Of a stretch of 64,000 bases of DNA, positions 13,044-29,630 are shown piece by piece (position 1 is the first letter of the stretch; every line of letters starts with the position of its first letter). Source of the DNA: the human T2T-CHM13v2.0 reference genome, Homo sapiens; NCBI RefSeq assembly GCF_009914755.1, contig NC_060930.1. One strand, given 5' to 3'. The notes under the pieces were generated by a model. That model did not search any database, was not told where the DNA came from, and saw only the letters and a list, made by a program, of their open reading frames with translations. A program made the translations under genes and the position numbers.

Positions 13044-13574
13044 AAATAATAATGACAATACTACACAAAAATATATTGACATTTTAATTGACCTTTTGGG
13101 AGTCTAGTTGATAGATCAATAGATTAATAAAGTAAAATGAGAAATAAAGGGAAAATATTGGCATGTTGTTCGATTATTCAAATAGAATCTATTTTTTATT
13201 CATGGGATAAGTTGGAATTTTCCTTTTGTCAGGAGAATCTATTCTATAGCACAATCTTGATCTAGAATAATGACATACAAATAGACTTTTAGGATAGAAA
13301 ACCAAATGATATCCTTACCAACTGTGGATTCAAAACCAAAAGGAAAATATATTGCATCACTTTTCTTGAAGAATGCAAGCAAAGGATAGGCATGTAGTTT
13401 AATCATCTCTGCAATGTATTAAGAGGTTAATCCTGTTTTAAGTAATCTATGAACTCTAACCATAAAACACACCATATTTAAAAATAAATATCCATGACTA
13501 GAGCATCTAAAGAGCATGTCTCCATTTAAAGAGGTCAGTCCCGGAGAACATCCGCTTTTTCCAGTGAGCTTTCC

Positions 13575-13760
13575 ATTGTTTAAAAATGTAGGAGAGCTTC
13601 TTTTAGAATTACCTTCACAGACCACAGCATATTCTTTTGAAATTTTTCAGTGGTGAAAAATCCTTACTCTTTGAGGTTGGCCTCGACCTTCAAAAACAGC
13701 CAACACCTATTTTCAGACAAGTCTGAGGAAAACGGAATGATAGGGTTGGATAGTTAAGGC
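13575..13760. mobile_element. MARNA fragment
   Basis: ttcagtggtgaaaaatcc..ctttgaggttgg..aaacagccaa motif. Confidence 0.5.
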
Positions 13761-14059
13761 AATGACACATGTGAGGTAATTTACAAAAATACTCAAGCAT
13801 AGAGAAGTTAAAACAAAGATGGCCGCTATATCCTGCCTTTCACATCCTGGCCCAGTTGTCTATCTCTGAGCATCTCTATATTGGTTTTTTTTCAGCTGGA
13901 CAGTAAACTCTATTGAGTTTTCATTGTATCCCTGAAGTTCAGAGCTCAGAACTAAATCAAATAACATGATAATAATACAACTGTAATCGCTCTTGGCGGT
14001 ATTAGCTTGAGGTTTGTCTCCTTGTAGCCTATGTGCTTATCAATTACATTGTCATAAAT

Positions 14060-14300
14060 GCATGATAAGAGGATGGGCCCTTGAGCCAGGCTGCTTGGCC
14101 TGAAACCCCTGCTCCAATACTTATTATTAAACATGATTACTTAATCTCTCTAGGTTTCCATTTCAGCATCTGTTCAACAGAGATAATAATTGGAACTTTC
14201 TCATGTTGTTGCGCAGAGTCAGTAACAATATATTTCAAATATTTAGAACACTGCCTGCTATATAGTCCACACTAAGTAAGTATTAACCATAATTATTTTG
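14060..14300. mobile_element. MIR
   Basis: ttacttaatctctctaggtttccattt...ttagaacactgcctg. Confidence 0.65.
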
Positions 14301-14340
14301 TGTGGGTTTTGTGTGTAACAGGCAAAGAATGAGGAACTAG

Positions 14341-14723
<383 letters not shown>

Positions 14724-15049
14724 AGTCATAGGATCTTAAGAGGATTGAAAGCCATATAGTGATTCACAGGGCTCTAAGTATATAGGACAAAGACAGCTAC
14801 TGAGAGGCGTTTTAGAGTTCCATAGCTGTGGATCTCAATGTGATTTTGGAAACCTCCAAAGAGATGAAATTATCGCTGTTAACAGAAATTGTTGGCTGTT
14901 ATACTGTATTTTATAGAACGTAAGATGCCACCAATTGAAACACACATCCCAGCTTTGGAAATAATAATTTGAAAAAGTGTGTGCCTCCAAATCAATGAAA
15001 TATGGTCACAGAAGTTTAGATGGCGACATCCAGCTTCTAGCTTTGGTGA

Positions 15050-15405
15050 ATTCTTTCGCCTTCTAGGTGGAGCCTCACTCATGAAAAGGGAAACTTTCCC
15101 AGGATTCCATTATAAAGGTAACAACTGAGCTTTGAGTTCAGCACAGCGAGCAGGGGAAAGCCCCAGTGGGAGACCATATTTTATATAGGAGGTGAAGAAA
15201 TGCAGAAGAATGTGGAAATTCTTGAGTATGCATAAATGTTTCCTAATGCAGGTGTTAAAAAACTCCCCAAGTGAATTCTGAAATTCAGAATCTTTTTCCA
15301 TCTATGGAAAGAACACATTGTTCCAGTCAAAAGCGAAACAACCAGGCAAAAAAGAACTCCCAGACCTCTCTTTTCCATGCTGCCCTTTGATTTTCCGGGA
15401 GCTCC
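15050..15405. promoter_or_regulatory. Candidate composite NF-kB/GR/IRF enhancer-promoter
   Basis: GGGAAACTTTCCC 15088-15100; GGGGAAAGCCCC 15153-15164; minus-strand TATATAAA 15187-15180; GGAAATTCTT ~15214; AGAACAcatTGTTCC 15310-15324; AAAAGCGAAAC 15329-15339; TTCCGGGAG ~15393. All lie in non-repetitive sequence. Confidence 0.55.
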
Positions 15406-16156
15406 AGTCTTGGACTACAACCACAGTTACTGAAACCTGGACAGGCTGCTCCTCACCTAACGATAGCAGAGCCAAGACTCGCTGCAAACAGCATTAACAA
15501 ATGCAAACGAATCAGCCCTAAAGGCTCAGATCCCATTTTTAACAATTTGTTTTTATATTTCAACTCAACAAATATTAGTCAAAGACTCTGGACTATGTGT
15601 AGGTTATTGTTTAAAAGAAAAATGAACCCAGGTGCAGAGAGTTTTGTGCCAAGGGCTAAAAAAGAGACTCTGAATTAGGATCACCTGGCACTCCATCCTG
15701 TGTAGGGGGATGAAGGGAATATGACAGAGGAAGGCAGGGCAGGGAGCCGGGGAGAGAGAAAAAGAGAGAGAGGCAGAGGGAGGTTGACATCTGTAAACAT
15801 AATTCAATTTTCTTAGTGTCTTGGACTGCTCTAAAAAGAATTTTACACAGAAGTGTAGGAAAGACTGTCTTCTGATAATCCACTGGAATCTATTCACCAC
15901 AAATTTGAAAGAAACTTCGAAGATTGGCCAAAGGTTCTTTGCACCTCACATGTACTCAACCATCACCACCTGCAGCCTATAGCCAATTGGTAAATTCATA
16001 ACACACCCCTTCTGTTAAAATGTGACTCTTGGATCCATCTCCTCGGCTAGATTTGGGGGCATTTTGGCATAAAGTTTAATTTTTTGAGCAAGTTCCTGAG
16101 TGAAACTACCACTTTTTTGCAGATGAAGAATATAATTCAAGACGTTCATTTTTTTA

Positions 16157-16499
<343 letters not shown>

Positions 16500-17313
16500 A
16501 AAACCTGGAAGATGAGTAGCCATATAATTCATCAGTATTTTTTAAATTAGATTATAAAGTGTATCTTATTTTATCCACTAAAAATAATTTTTTTAGGAAA
16601 AAATAATAGTTATATCTCAGTACTTTCATAATTATTCAATAATACTGTTCATACCCTACTTCAAGTAATTCTAAATGGTTTAATGTCTTTCACTTATAAT
16701 TTGGATCAAATACTACTGGAGTTAGATCATTGAACATCTAAGACTTAGAAATCTTGTGTTTATACAATAATTAAGGAAATAATATTGGCATTTAATACAA
16801 GAGCAATTGGCAGGAATTTGTCAAGAAACTGTATCAGAACTTCATTTACCTAACTTAAATTTTCCTTGTTTTTTCATCTATATATTTTTCAAAAGTAATT
16901 GTCCAAACTATAAAAATGAAAATGAATACATTTTGTTTAATTATCTATAGCCTCTTTTATAACTAACCCAACAATGTCATTGTTAAAGTTTTTGTATTGT
17001 ATTCTTCTCGTTGGCAAAATGAGATTTGGTAATATATTCAAAGCCTATCAGCTCTAACTTAGTATATTTGAAGCTCGATGACACCCTGGTAATGAATTTG
17101 AAATTGTCTGCCTTCCCTTCCACCACAAACACACACACTTTCTGGTATTTTTCTGAAATGCCAGAGCTCCAGATTTTATGCCATTATGTCTGAGTATCTA
17201 AAAGACGGCGATGATAAAGCACATGACATCGTATACACTCTGTTCTTTTGACTTTTAAATTCTCCTTAAATATAAACCCTAGCTAAGGCTGCCAAGAAGT
17301 TTGGCAAAGGTCA

Positions 17314-17737
<424 letters not shown>

Positions 17738-19382
17738 TCAAATGTGTCTGAATTGTCTGGCCCACTAATACTTCCCCTTTAATGAGAATGCAGTTCCTTG
17801 CCAGAAGTCCCATTTGGATAATTTACTTTTTCTTTGTTGATCATATCAAGCAAATCACTCCAAATAATAATACTTTAATAACATAGTTCTTTCCAGGAAA
17901 TGTCATCTTGCTGATGGCATCTAAAGCTGGATATTATTAAAATCTGAATTTTTTCCAACCTGGCTGCGCTGCGGTTTAACACCCCTTGAAGAGAGACAAC
18001 ATGGAGAGATGATCTGTCTTGTGATCAGTATTTCAGGTTGGTGGTCAGATAAAAGCTCTGAGAGAACTCTTTCCAAGGATTTTCTGTGCACGCTCAAATT
18101 TCTTCTTCTGTGTTGATTCAAGCCGTTATTTCAAGCTAAAGTACCTCTGTAAAAACAGGCCATTGAGGCAGTTCAGAATTAAATAGAAAAATTTTTTTTC
18201 ATTTATTTTCACTTTCTGACAATGTATAATTTAAATCACTTTATTAGCCCTTAATGAATGGGATAATTAACTAGTGCAAAACCTAATGCAAAATCATTAT
18301 AAAAGGTTCTATTCCAAAATAAAAGCATTTGCCTCCATCTTGTTTTTCATCTACGTTTATTCCATGTGTTGTGATGTTTGCCCATCACACAGAAAAGAGA
18401 TTCTCCTGAATTAAAGGAGATGGAGTTCATTTTGATGAATGACACAAAATCTTTGCAAGTTAATATTTGTTTCCAAGATAACATTGTAGAGCACACTCAG
18501 TGAATATATCCCTTCTCAAAAAAAAAAAAAATGGAAAGAAGTACTTCTTTGGCAGTAAATGGATAACAAGAAAGAAAGGTTAGAGTCTAGGGAAACAATG
18601 TTTCACCTTAATGTCGGGATGTGTTGGCTACAATTACCGAATACCCAATCAAAAATAACAAGTAATATAGGAATTTCTATCTCACCTAACCAGAAGTCTG
18701 TTACAAGGTAGGATGGTATAAGGCTGATACAATAGCTCAGCAGTCTCAGCTCTGAGTCAGGTAATATCCAGTGAATACTTTATTCATTCTTCATCCAACA
18801 TGTCTTTAGATATGCCCTTGGGCTTCCTCTGTGCCAGCCCAGGTGCTAGGAGACCATGGCACAGTGCTGGCTTGGGGCCTAGTACAGTCCAAGGTTCTAT
18901 GGCTGATACAAACAAAAGGTAAGATAGAGTCTTTGTTGTTGAGAAGCTAACTCGCTTTTTATCAGGAAAAGGCTGATATATACATGAAATAAAACAGTCT
19001 GACACAATAGTCAGGCATTTATTTGATTGTCACACATTGTACACATCTGGATGGATAGAGGCAAGCATAAAGCAGAAAGAGAATGTTCTGGAAAGTTACT
19101 GAGTAGCTCACAAAACTAACTGGAAGGCTGAAGGACTACATTTGGAAAACAACACAAAACCCAAGGTTTTCACAACCAGGATCACATACAAGGAACTGCT
19201 TGGGTGCAAAGTCACCACCAGATATCAGGTACAAGACATTGCCAAGATCTGGATGAATTTTGAAGTGTCCTTCTTTTGTGGCGTTGCCTGCCTCAGCACT
19301 AAGAGTTCACACCTACTGTGAGCATACTGCCTATGAAGCCCAGTTCTAAGCAAGCTACCTTTATCTCAGTTCATACTTATGA

Positions 19383-19790
19383 TGCGTTAGGGTGTTCTTG
19401 CATTGCTATAAAGGAATACCTGCGACTGGGTAATTTATAAAGAAAAGAGGTTCAGTTGGCTCAGGGTTCTGCAGGCTGTACAAGCATGGCATCTGCATCT
19501 ACTCCACTTGCAGGGAGGGCTCAGGGAACGTCTACTCAGGGTGGAACGTGAAGTGGGAGGAGGCACATCATATGGCCAGAGCAGAAGCAAGAGAGAGAGT
19601 GGTGGGGGGTGGGGCTGCAACACACTTCTAAACAACCATATCTCGCGAGAACTCACTCAGTATCGTGAGGGCAGCACCAAGCCATGAGAGATCCACCCCT
19701 ATGACCCAAACATCTCCCACCAGGCCCCACCTCCAACACTAGGAATTACATCTCAACATGAGAGTTGGAGGGGACACCCAAACTCTATCA
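19383..19790 (-). mobile_element. MaLR solo LTR, MSTB-like
   Basis: Typical MST termini; 5-bp TSD tatga/catga. Confidence 0.85.
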
Positions 19791-19814
19791 CATGATAACC
19801 CTCTGAAGAAGCTA

Positions 19815-20130
<316 letters not shown>

Positions 20131-20735
20131 GAAAGTAATTATCCCGTTTGACAGGTTGGGATAGTGAGGCTCTCAGAGGCTGGGTACTTGCCTGAGGCTA
20201 TAGAGCTGGTAAGTGGGGAAGCTGGTACGCAAGCCCAGGTAGCCAGACTCCACCCCATCGTCTGTCTCTCCAAGTCCAGGAGCCTCTGAATTCCTGAGCT
20301 GATGGCCTGTTCTCTAACTGCCAGGAGTCAAAAAAAAAAAGCACAAATGTGACCTTTGCAGTGTCCAAAACTCACATGTGCCTGTCTCTCCGACATGCCA
20401 AGGGACTTGAAATGCTGACAAGGAACAATTTACAAATATCACTCCAAAGACTACAGAGAGAGACAGGGAGTAAGTAAAATAAGTGAAAGATCCAAACTTG
20501 AGAAGAAATAGTCTAATTATCCTCAAGGTATATTATGATTTCCTATATTCAGCTATATTCTGAATATTTGTTTCAGCCTAGAAATATCTCACTATTTTGC
20601 TCTAGTTTGTGGGAAGACAAATTAAGATCAAGGATTATATTTTTCCTTTTCTCTCTTTTTAAATTTGTACCAAGGTAATGCTGGTGAAAGATAGCTCTCT
20701 GGTTTCAGTCCTCAATCAACAAATATAAAAAGGTC

Positions 20736-21107
20736 TGATATGATTTGGCTGTGTCCCCACCCAAATCTCATCTTGAATTATAGCTCCCATAATTCCCATG
20801 AGTTGTGGGAGGGACCTGGTGGGAGATCACTGAATCATGGGGGCAGTTTCCCTCATACTGTTCTTGTGGTAGTGAATAAGTCTCATGAGATCTGATGGTT
20901 TTGTAAGGGGAAGCCCCTTTTGCTTGGTTCTCATTTTCTTCTTGCCTGCTGCCATGTAAGACGTGACTTTGCTCCTCCCTCACCTTCTGCCATAATTGTG
21001 AGGCCTCCCCAGCCATGTGGAACTATGATCCCATTAAACCTGTTTCCTTTATAAATTACCCAGTCTCAGGTATGTCTTTATCAGCTGTGTGAAAACAGAC
21101 TAATACA
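20736..21107 (+). mobile_element. MaLR solo LTR, THE1 family
   Basis: tgatatgatttggctgtgtcccc...acagactaataca; TSD aggtc/acgtc. Confidence 0.92.
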
Positions 21108-22804
21108 ACGTCCTTACTCCATTCTACTTCTCAAATATTTAAATGATTTTCAAGAGATATTATACACAACATTAACTCAGAGATGGTTTTATTAAACACA
21201 CAAGAAGAAAAAACAAAACGAAACAAACATATTTTTATTCTTCTCTATATCTCTAGCTTGGAGGAGAAGGAAAGAATGAGTATATTATGGATGTATTGTT
21301 AAGCCAGCCAAATTGAGTTTATCTTTTCTTTCTAAGGGATAGAGAGATACAACTGCAACCAGAGAACCCCTGTCTTTGTCTCTTCCCTTAGCATTTTCCT
21401 GACTGTATAGGCTATTTGAGTTTATATTCCAATAGTAGCACTAGCCAGTAAACAGAGAATACCCAATTACCAAAGCTCACATTGCTCAACCCTAAGAAAT
21501 AGTGACTAGAATTTCTTATTTTGTTCCCAAACATGGAGAAAGAGAAATTATGTTATTCCCAAATTACTTTTCGAATGTATGTATCCAATATACAATTTAC
21601 AATAGAATATATACAATATTAATGTATTTTGGTAGCAGGGACAGGAATGCAAGCAGGGGGAAAAGGTAATTTTAAGTTATTTTTTAAATGAAGACCTATT
21701 TCATTTACTGCAGACTTCAATTCATTAGAACAAAATTTTGAAAGAAAATTTAATGTTTTCTTTAAGTATATAAACAGGTATATAAAAGTCTATTTAAATA
21801 TACAGTATCTTTCTCACAGAAGGAAGTCTGGCTTAGTAACATCCAGAATTTGAATTTAAAGCGACTCATGCCACAGGAGCTGGTTCAACTCTGTTGGAAA
21901 AAAGAGAGAGAGAGGAAAAAAAAACACAAAACTAGGAATGCATCCCAGAAGAATTCTGCTCTCTTATTTCCTTTTTCGTATTTAGCACACAATCTATCCT
22001 CAATTTCCTGAATTGTCATTGCTCTCCATTTAATAAACAAATGATAAAGAGAAAACCCAAGTCATGAAATCAGTGGCTCAATAATCTTCACTTGCGTTTT
22101 TAAAAACCCCTAAGCTCCAAGGGCCACTTTAATTTAAAGCCTAGGGCCAATGACTTGTGGAGAAGTTTCCTTTTTTTTTCTTTTTAAGAAGAAAAGCAAC
22201 CAATATAAATAATGAAACTTAGTGACAAATTCTAAACAGTCTTTTTTGTGTTTAAATATTTTCATCAGTTTTAGTTCTTACCACAGCACCCTGGCTCTCA
22301 AAACTTTATTTTTTTAATAATCCCACAAAGATGAATTTCCCTGAATTTGCTTCTTGATACCATTCCAGTAGTCAAAATGGGCAATTGACTTTATTGGTTT
22401 TCTAATAATCTGGACACTGGGCCAAAAGAATTCCATGCATCTCTGACTGTTCCCGATACTTGTTTTTCATTTCTAAGGGTAAATACTCTGGAAGGCAGTT
22501 TTAGATGACTGGAAAGGACATAATGTTATTTCTATTGAAACTGACTTTCATTAGGAAACCTCATACTGTATTAAACCAGGCTCTTATACTCTCCTGACAA
22601 GAATGTTATCTGGAAAGCCATGGTTGACTTCCATGAAGTCAAACTCAGAACTCAAAAATGTACTCAGAAAGCCCTAGGTTTTCTTGAAAATTATAATCCT
22701 TCGTAAACTTAATCTCTTTGAAACTTAACAGAGAGCACTTTCTGAAAAAAATACGTTCCATGTACTTACTCTTCACCTAGTAAAATCATTCTTGTTTGTT
22801 CTAA

Positions 22805-23159
<355 letters not shown>

Positions 23160-23447
23160 TAATCAAATGTTTTCTTTATAAGGTAACCCATTTTACCTTC
23201 CCTTAGGAAGAATGATGGATTAAATCATTTTTATTTCTTCTTTTTATTTTATGTATTTTATGCACTTCTATGAATCCATAAATATTTCATTTACAAGATA
23301 TTCACTAGTAATATTGTCTACATGTTATCTGATCTTTTGATTCTTGAGTTTTAATCAACAAAATGAGAAGATTGACTAAAGATGATCTCTAAGTTAACTT
23401 CTGTAGTTAAACTGAACTTTCAGTGGAAATCCTATTTAAGTCCTTAC

Positions 23448-23587
23448 CATACGTACTCCATGTCTGTCCTACACTACACTTTAAGGAAAGACACAGTAGA
23501 TATCAAGGTTACTCTTCAGTGGACACACACCAAAATGTTTCACTCAGTTGAATTATCTGCTATTACTTCAAAGTCCTTAATTCGTTT
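23448..23587 (-). other. Candidate non-coding exon (140 nt)
   Basis: Acceptor ttttgattacttttgcag and donor ATG|GTAAGG; stops in all frames. Confidence 0.3.
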
Positions 23588-23765
23588 CTGCAAAAGTAAT
23601 CAAAATGCCAGAGAAAATTAATAATTTTCATTCTGAATTTGGCCCCAAAATCTTTGAGCTTTTCTGTCTTTCCTCTGTGGAATCCTTTCCACGTTCCCAC
23701 ACTGGTGGAGTTAAAAGTTCCAAAAAGCTTCTGTATTATTTGAACTTATAAAATGACCTCCTTCA

Positions 23766-24106
<341 letters not shown>

Positions 24107-24406
24107 TCATTTTACCCAATATGTGAAACACTGAGATTTTGCAAACGTGTTTACTTTTGAAAGGTGTAATTACATTCAGCTTTAAATTATGCAGAACAGA
24201 TTTTTCAAGTGGTAATATAAACATCTCTTTTAAAGTAACTAATGGAGACCTTGTACTACGTAAAACAACATTTACACAGTTAACAATCTGCTAGGTAGTA
24301 CTTTAAATGTTTCGTGACCTTCTTGGGCACACTGATATGTTTCTGTTATGAGATTTAATTTTCTGTTACTTCGAAGAGCCGTAGTGGGTCCACACATATC
24401 ACTTAC

Positions 24407-24454
24407 ATAGCAACTAGCTTCATGACAATAGACACAATGGCAAGGTAATTAATA
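24407..24454 (-). other. Candidate exon (48 nt)
   Basis: Acceptor tctctccctcttacag and donor TAT|GTAAGT in unique sequence. Confidence 0.35.
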
Positions 24455-24529
24455 CTGTAAGAGGGAGAGATTTTAAATGTGAAAGAATTCAAAAATAAAA
24501 TTCATAGTGGAAAAGGCCTTTTTATTTTT

Positions 24530-24632
24530 TAATTTTTATCATATATACTTAAGATGTACATGATGTTTTGATATACATAGTGAAATAGTTATTATAGTCA
24601 AGCAAATTAGCATAGCCATTATTTCACAAGTT

Positions 24633-24681
<49 letters not shown>

Positions 24682-25830
24682 CACCTAAAATCTCGTTTGT
24701 TAGCAAGTTTCCAGTATACAGTATAATATTATAATTAGAGTCCTCCTGTTGCTCATTGGATCTCTAGATAAGAAGGCTTTTTTTTTTTTTTTTTAGCAAG
24801 CAATGGGTTTCTGGGGAAAAGAAGAAAGCTTTTTCAAATGTGACTCAAAATCTAGAAATCATGCAACAAAGAACTGCTAAACTTGACTGAAAATTGGGAG
24901 ATGTTGGTCAAAGGGTACGAATGTTTGCTTATAGAGTGACTACATTCCAGACATCTAATGTACAGCACAGTGACTACAGTTAATACTGTATCGTATACTT
25001 CAAATTTGCTGAGAGAGTAGATCTTCACACAAGGAGAGTGCTCTCATCACACTCATAAAAAAAGTAACTATGTGAGGTGATAAATATGTTAGTTAGCTTG
25101 ATTGTGGGAGTCATTACACAGGCATACTTATGTCAAATCACCACATGGCACACCTTAAATATTACATTTTTCTATTTGTCAATAATATCTCCATAAAGCT
25201 GGAAAAAAAGGAAAAAAACTTGACTGCATAAAAACAATGATTAATTGGAAAATATTTGTAATTCCTATCATTGACAAAAGGCTAATTTTTTTCATATATA
25301 AGAATATCCTAGAAATGAACAGGAAAAAAAACAAGTCAGCAGAAAAATGGCTAAAAGGTGCTACCAGACAGTTCACAGAAAGGGAAATACAGGTAGCTTT
25401 CTAACACATGAAAAGATGTTCAGACTCTCTTGAGGTGAAGGAAACACTCATTCAAACTTTACTGAGCTACTTTTTCCCAAAGGTCAAATTTGTAAAAATA
25501 AAAAGTGTAATAATGTAGTATATCGGTACATTCTTGTATATCACTGATTGAAATGTAATCAATGCCCATATAGAAGCAACTTAATAATAACTACTACATT
25601 TAAAATGTGCATACTTTTAAACCTAACCAACTATACACACACATACACACACAACCCACATTTATATCCACACATTTATAAAGTGATAAAGTTAAGACTA
25701 TTCATTAATTACATTATAATATAAAGTAGCAAAGTGGCAGAAGTACCTTAAAAGTCAATCAGGAGTAGGCAGGTTGAATAAATTATGGCACTCCATATAA
25801 TGGAATGGAATGCAAAAGAGCTGTTTAAAC
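24530..25830. mobile_element. L1MA 3'-end fragments (~24530-24770 minus; ~24890-25200 plus) and an L1ME fragment (~25210-25830 plus)
   Basis: Typical L1MA9/10 3' UTR motifs (gtaactatgtgaggtgat) and an old L1 ORF2-end motif (acacatgaaaagatgttca). Confidence 0.7.
24636..24676. repeat. (TG)20 microsatellite
   Basis: Direct read. Confidence 0.98.
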
Positions 25831-25888
25831 CAACAAACTACAATTAAGGAGGCTCCTTATGTTCTAATGTGCAGCAGAAATTAACATA

Positions 25889-26180
25889 GGCCAGGCACAG
25901 TGGCTCACACCTGTAATCCCAGCACTTTGGGAGGCTGAGGTGGGAGGATCCCCTGAGCCTAGTTTGAGACCAGCCTGGACAACATAGTGACAGCCTGTCT
26001 CTACAAAAAAATTAAAAATTAGCCAGCATGGTGGCATGTGCCTGTAGTCCAAGCTACTCTGGAGGCTGAGGTGGGAGGATCACTTGACCCCAGGAAGTTG
26101 AGGCTACAGTGAGCTGTGTTCACACCACTACCCTCCAGCATGGATGACAGAGCTAGATCCTGCCTCAAAAAAAAAGAAAA
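25889..26180 (+). mobile_element. AluJ
   Basis: AluJ diagnostics (gggaggatc...gaggctacagtgagc). Confidence 0.92.
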
Positions 26181-26480
26181 AAGGTATATTTTCAGAAGTA
26201 AAAAAAGTAAGATGTAGAATACCATTATTTAAGTTGAAATAAGGGAGAAGAATTACATATGTGATTATTTGAAAATGCCAACCATATCTCTGGAAGGATA
26301 CAGAAGAAACTGGTCATGGTTGCCTCTGAAGAGGGGAACTGCATGACTGGGGAACAAGAAAAATAAAGTGTCACTTTTCAAAAGTTGTAGATCATTTAAG
26401 TACTTATTGCTGACATATTATTACCAGGCACTGTGATAAACAGGAAGAATTTTTTGCCTTTATGAAGCTACAGTCTATGA

Positions 26481-26899
<419 letters not shown>

Positions 26900-26999
26900 T
26901 AGAAAGCCTGAGGGGAAGGCGACATCTGAGCTGGCATTGAAAAGCCCAGAGGTGTCTGTGTCAGGAATTCCACTAAAGGGAGTTAATTATTTATTTCTC

Positions 27000-27615
27000 T
27001 TTCTTCCTTTCTTTTTGAGATGGTGTTTTGCTCTTGTTGTCCAAGCTGGAGTGCAATGGTGCGATCTCAGCTCACTGCAACTTCTGCGTCCTGGGTTAAG
27101 TGATTATCCTGCCTCAGCCTCCCAAATAGCTGAGATTACAGGAGCGCACCACCATGCCCAGCTAATTTTTTGTATTTTTAGTAGAAACGGGGTTTCACCA
27201 TGTTAGCTGGGCTGGTCTCGAACTCCTGACCTCAGGTGATCTGCCCACCTCGGTCTCCCAAAGTGCTGGGATTACAGGCGTGAGCCACCCCGCCCGGCCT
27301 CTTCCTTTTCTTTATGTTTTTTTTTTTTCTTTTTTGAGACAGGGTCTGTTGCCCAGGCTGGAGTGCAGTGGCATGATCACAGCTCACTGAAATCTCAAAC
27401 TCCTGGGCTCCCGTGATCCTCCTGCCTCAGCTTCCCTGGTAGCTAGGAAGGACCACAGGCACACACCACCATGCTCAGCTAATTTTTTATATTTGTTTGT
27501 AGAAACGGGATCTCACTGTGTTGCCCAGGCTAGTCTCAAACTGCTAGCCTCAAGCGGTCCTCTTGCCTCAGCCTCCCAAAGTGCTGGGATTACAGGAGCA
27601 AGTCACCGTGTGCAG
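27000..27615 (-). mobile_element. Tandem AluS (27000-27299) and AluJ (27300-27615)
   Basis: Two adjacent minus-strand Alus. Confidence 0.92.
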
Positions 27616-28622
27616 CTCACTTTGTTTGTTCTTTTTCTACTTCTTCACAACGGGGGTTCTTAACATGCATATTTCATGACCATGGATCTTTCAAGCACTT
27701 TCGTGGCAGGCAAGGACACTCCAGCCACCAGTGATCTTCCAGCATGTTCCCAAGCATAGAATGAAGTCTTTATTTTTCCTGTGTTTTGGTCAAGTATTTT
27801 TCCAGTGAGCATGTTATTGTTCTTATGTACCTAAAGCACTGGATACAGCCACCTGCTATATATATGGTGATAACAAATTGACTACAAAGCAAATATTAGG
27901 AAGTATCCATGTTTAATAATATCAAAATTACTTCATCAGTAATAGAAATACAATAGAAGTCTATCCAATTATCTACCAGTCATTCTTTATCTCTTTCTCT
28001 GTATCTCTGATAAGATGTTGTGAATGAGAAATTTAATTAAAATGCATGTGTTTCATCTATGGAACACCGAAAGCAACAGAGTTAAAACTTCAGTATCACT
28101 GGCCCTGACTGAGCCGGCTGGAGAGGCAGGCTTCTGGGTTTTACTTGCTTCTTTCATCATAAGATGTCTTCCATTTTCCCACATCAGTTCTGAATTGAAA
28201 ATTCCTAACACGTGTCCAAGTCTGCAACAGAGACACACACACAGTTTGCTTCCTACTCTGGAATTCTTCCCTGTGCCTTTGGCTGGAAAGAATGCAGGAA
28301 TCAAAGCATTTCCTTGAACAATGGAAGCCAAGATAAATCTACTTATGCTAAGAAACAATAGAAATGAAATTTCCACTGGGATCAAGCTCAACACAGCTTA
28401 TTAGCATCCCTTTCATGCTAGGTATTTGGCTTAGATATCAGGTTAGGGGTTAGGAGAAGAGAGTCCATGACCATTATACTAAACATGAACGTTCACCAGA
28501 GAGTCATCAACTTGTGTTTTACTTCTTCAAATGCTCTTTCTCATTCTTAATGATCAGCATTAAGTATCCTATTTTGGACCACGATTTTGGTTTGGTTTTC
28601 ACATTTTTCATGTTGACAGTAA

Positions 28623-29042
<420 letters not shown>

Positions 29043-29404
29043 TAGCAATTATACCCTGATCGTGAAAAAACTCAAGTTTCTTGTCATTTCTGTTCAAGAT
29101 GTAACCTAAGTGGACAGGAGTGGGTGCCTAGGAAAATACCAGAATATACAATATTTTGTTTGGAAGGGATGACTAACCTTGTTTATGTATCCAGTACCCA
29201 GCAACTAAACCTTCTATCTTTTTTTATCCCAATAGATGTGGTACTTAAAACAATCAAACACAGTTTATCTTGGTCTGCTGTTATGATACAGCTAGACCTA
29301 ACCAGGTTCTTGTTGGTTCCAGAAGTACCACCACATTTACTATGCACATTTTTTTCATCTTTAGTGTCTATTCTCTCTTTTATTCTCCCTGGCCATTAAG
29401 CCTA

Positions 29405-29630
29405 ATGTATTCAGCCTCAATATCATATGTTGAAATCCTAACCCCCAATGTAATGGCATTAGCAGGTGGAGCCTTTGGGAAGTGATGAGGTGATAAGGGT
29501 GGAACCCTCATGAATGGGATTAGTGCCCTTATAAAAGATCATTTAATGAGCAGTTGGCAGTCTGTAAACCAGAAGAGGGCCCTCACCAGAGCCCAGCCAC
29601 GCTGACACTCTTATCTCAGATGCCAGCAGT
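29405..29630 (+). mobile_element. Truncated MLT1A fragment, apparent copy of 32240-32865
   Basis: Lacks the LTR 3' end; shares an internal deletion junction with the 32240 copy. Confidence 0.8.

Noticed and set aside
17960-18146. Protein-like stretch RLESTQKKKFERAQKILGKS as a unitary-pseudogene exon
   Set aside because: Stops in all frames, weak GTTGGA donor, no recognised homologue.
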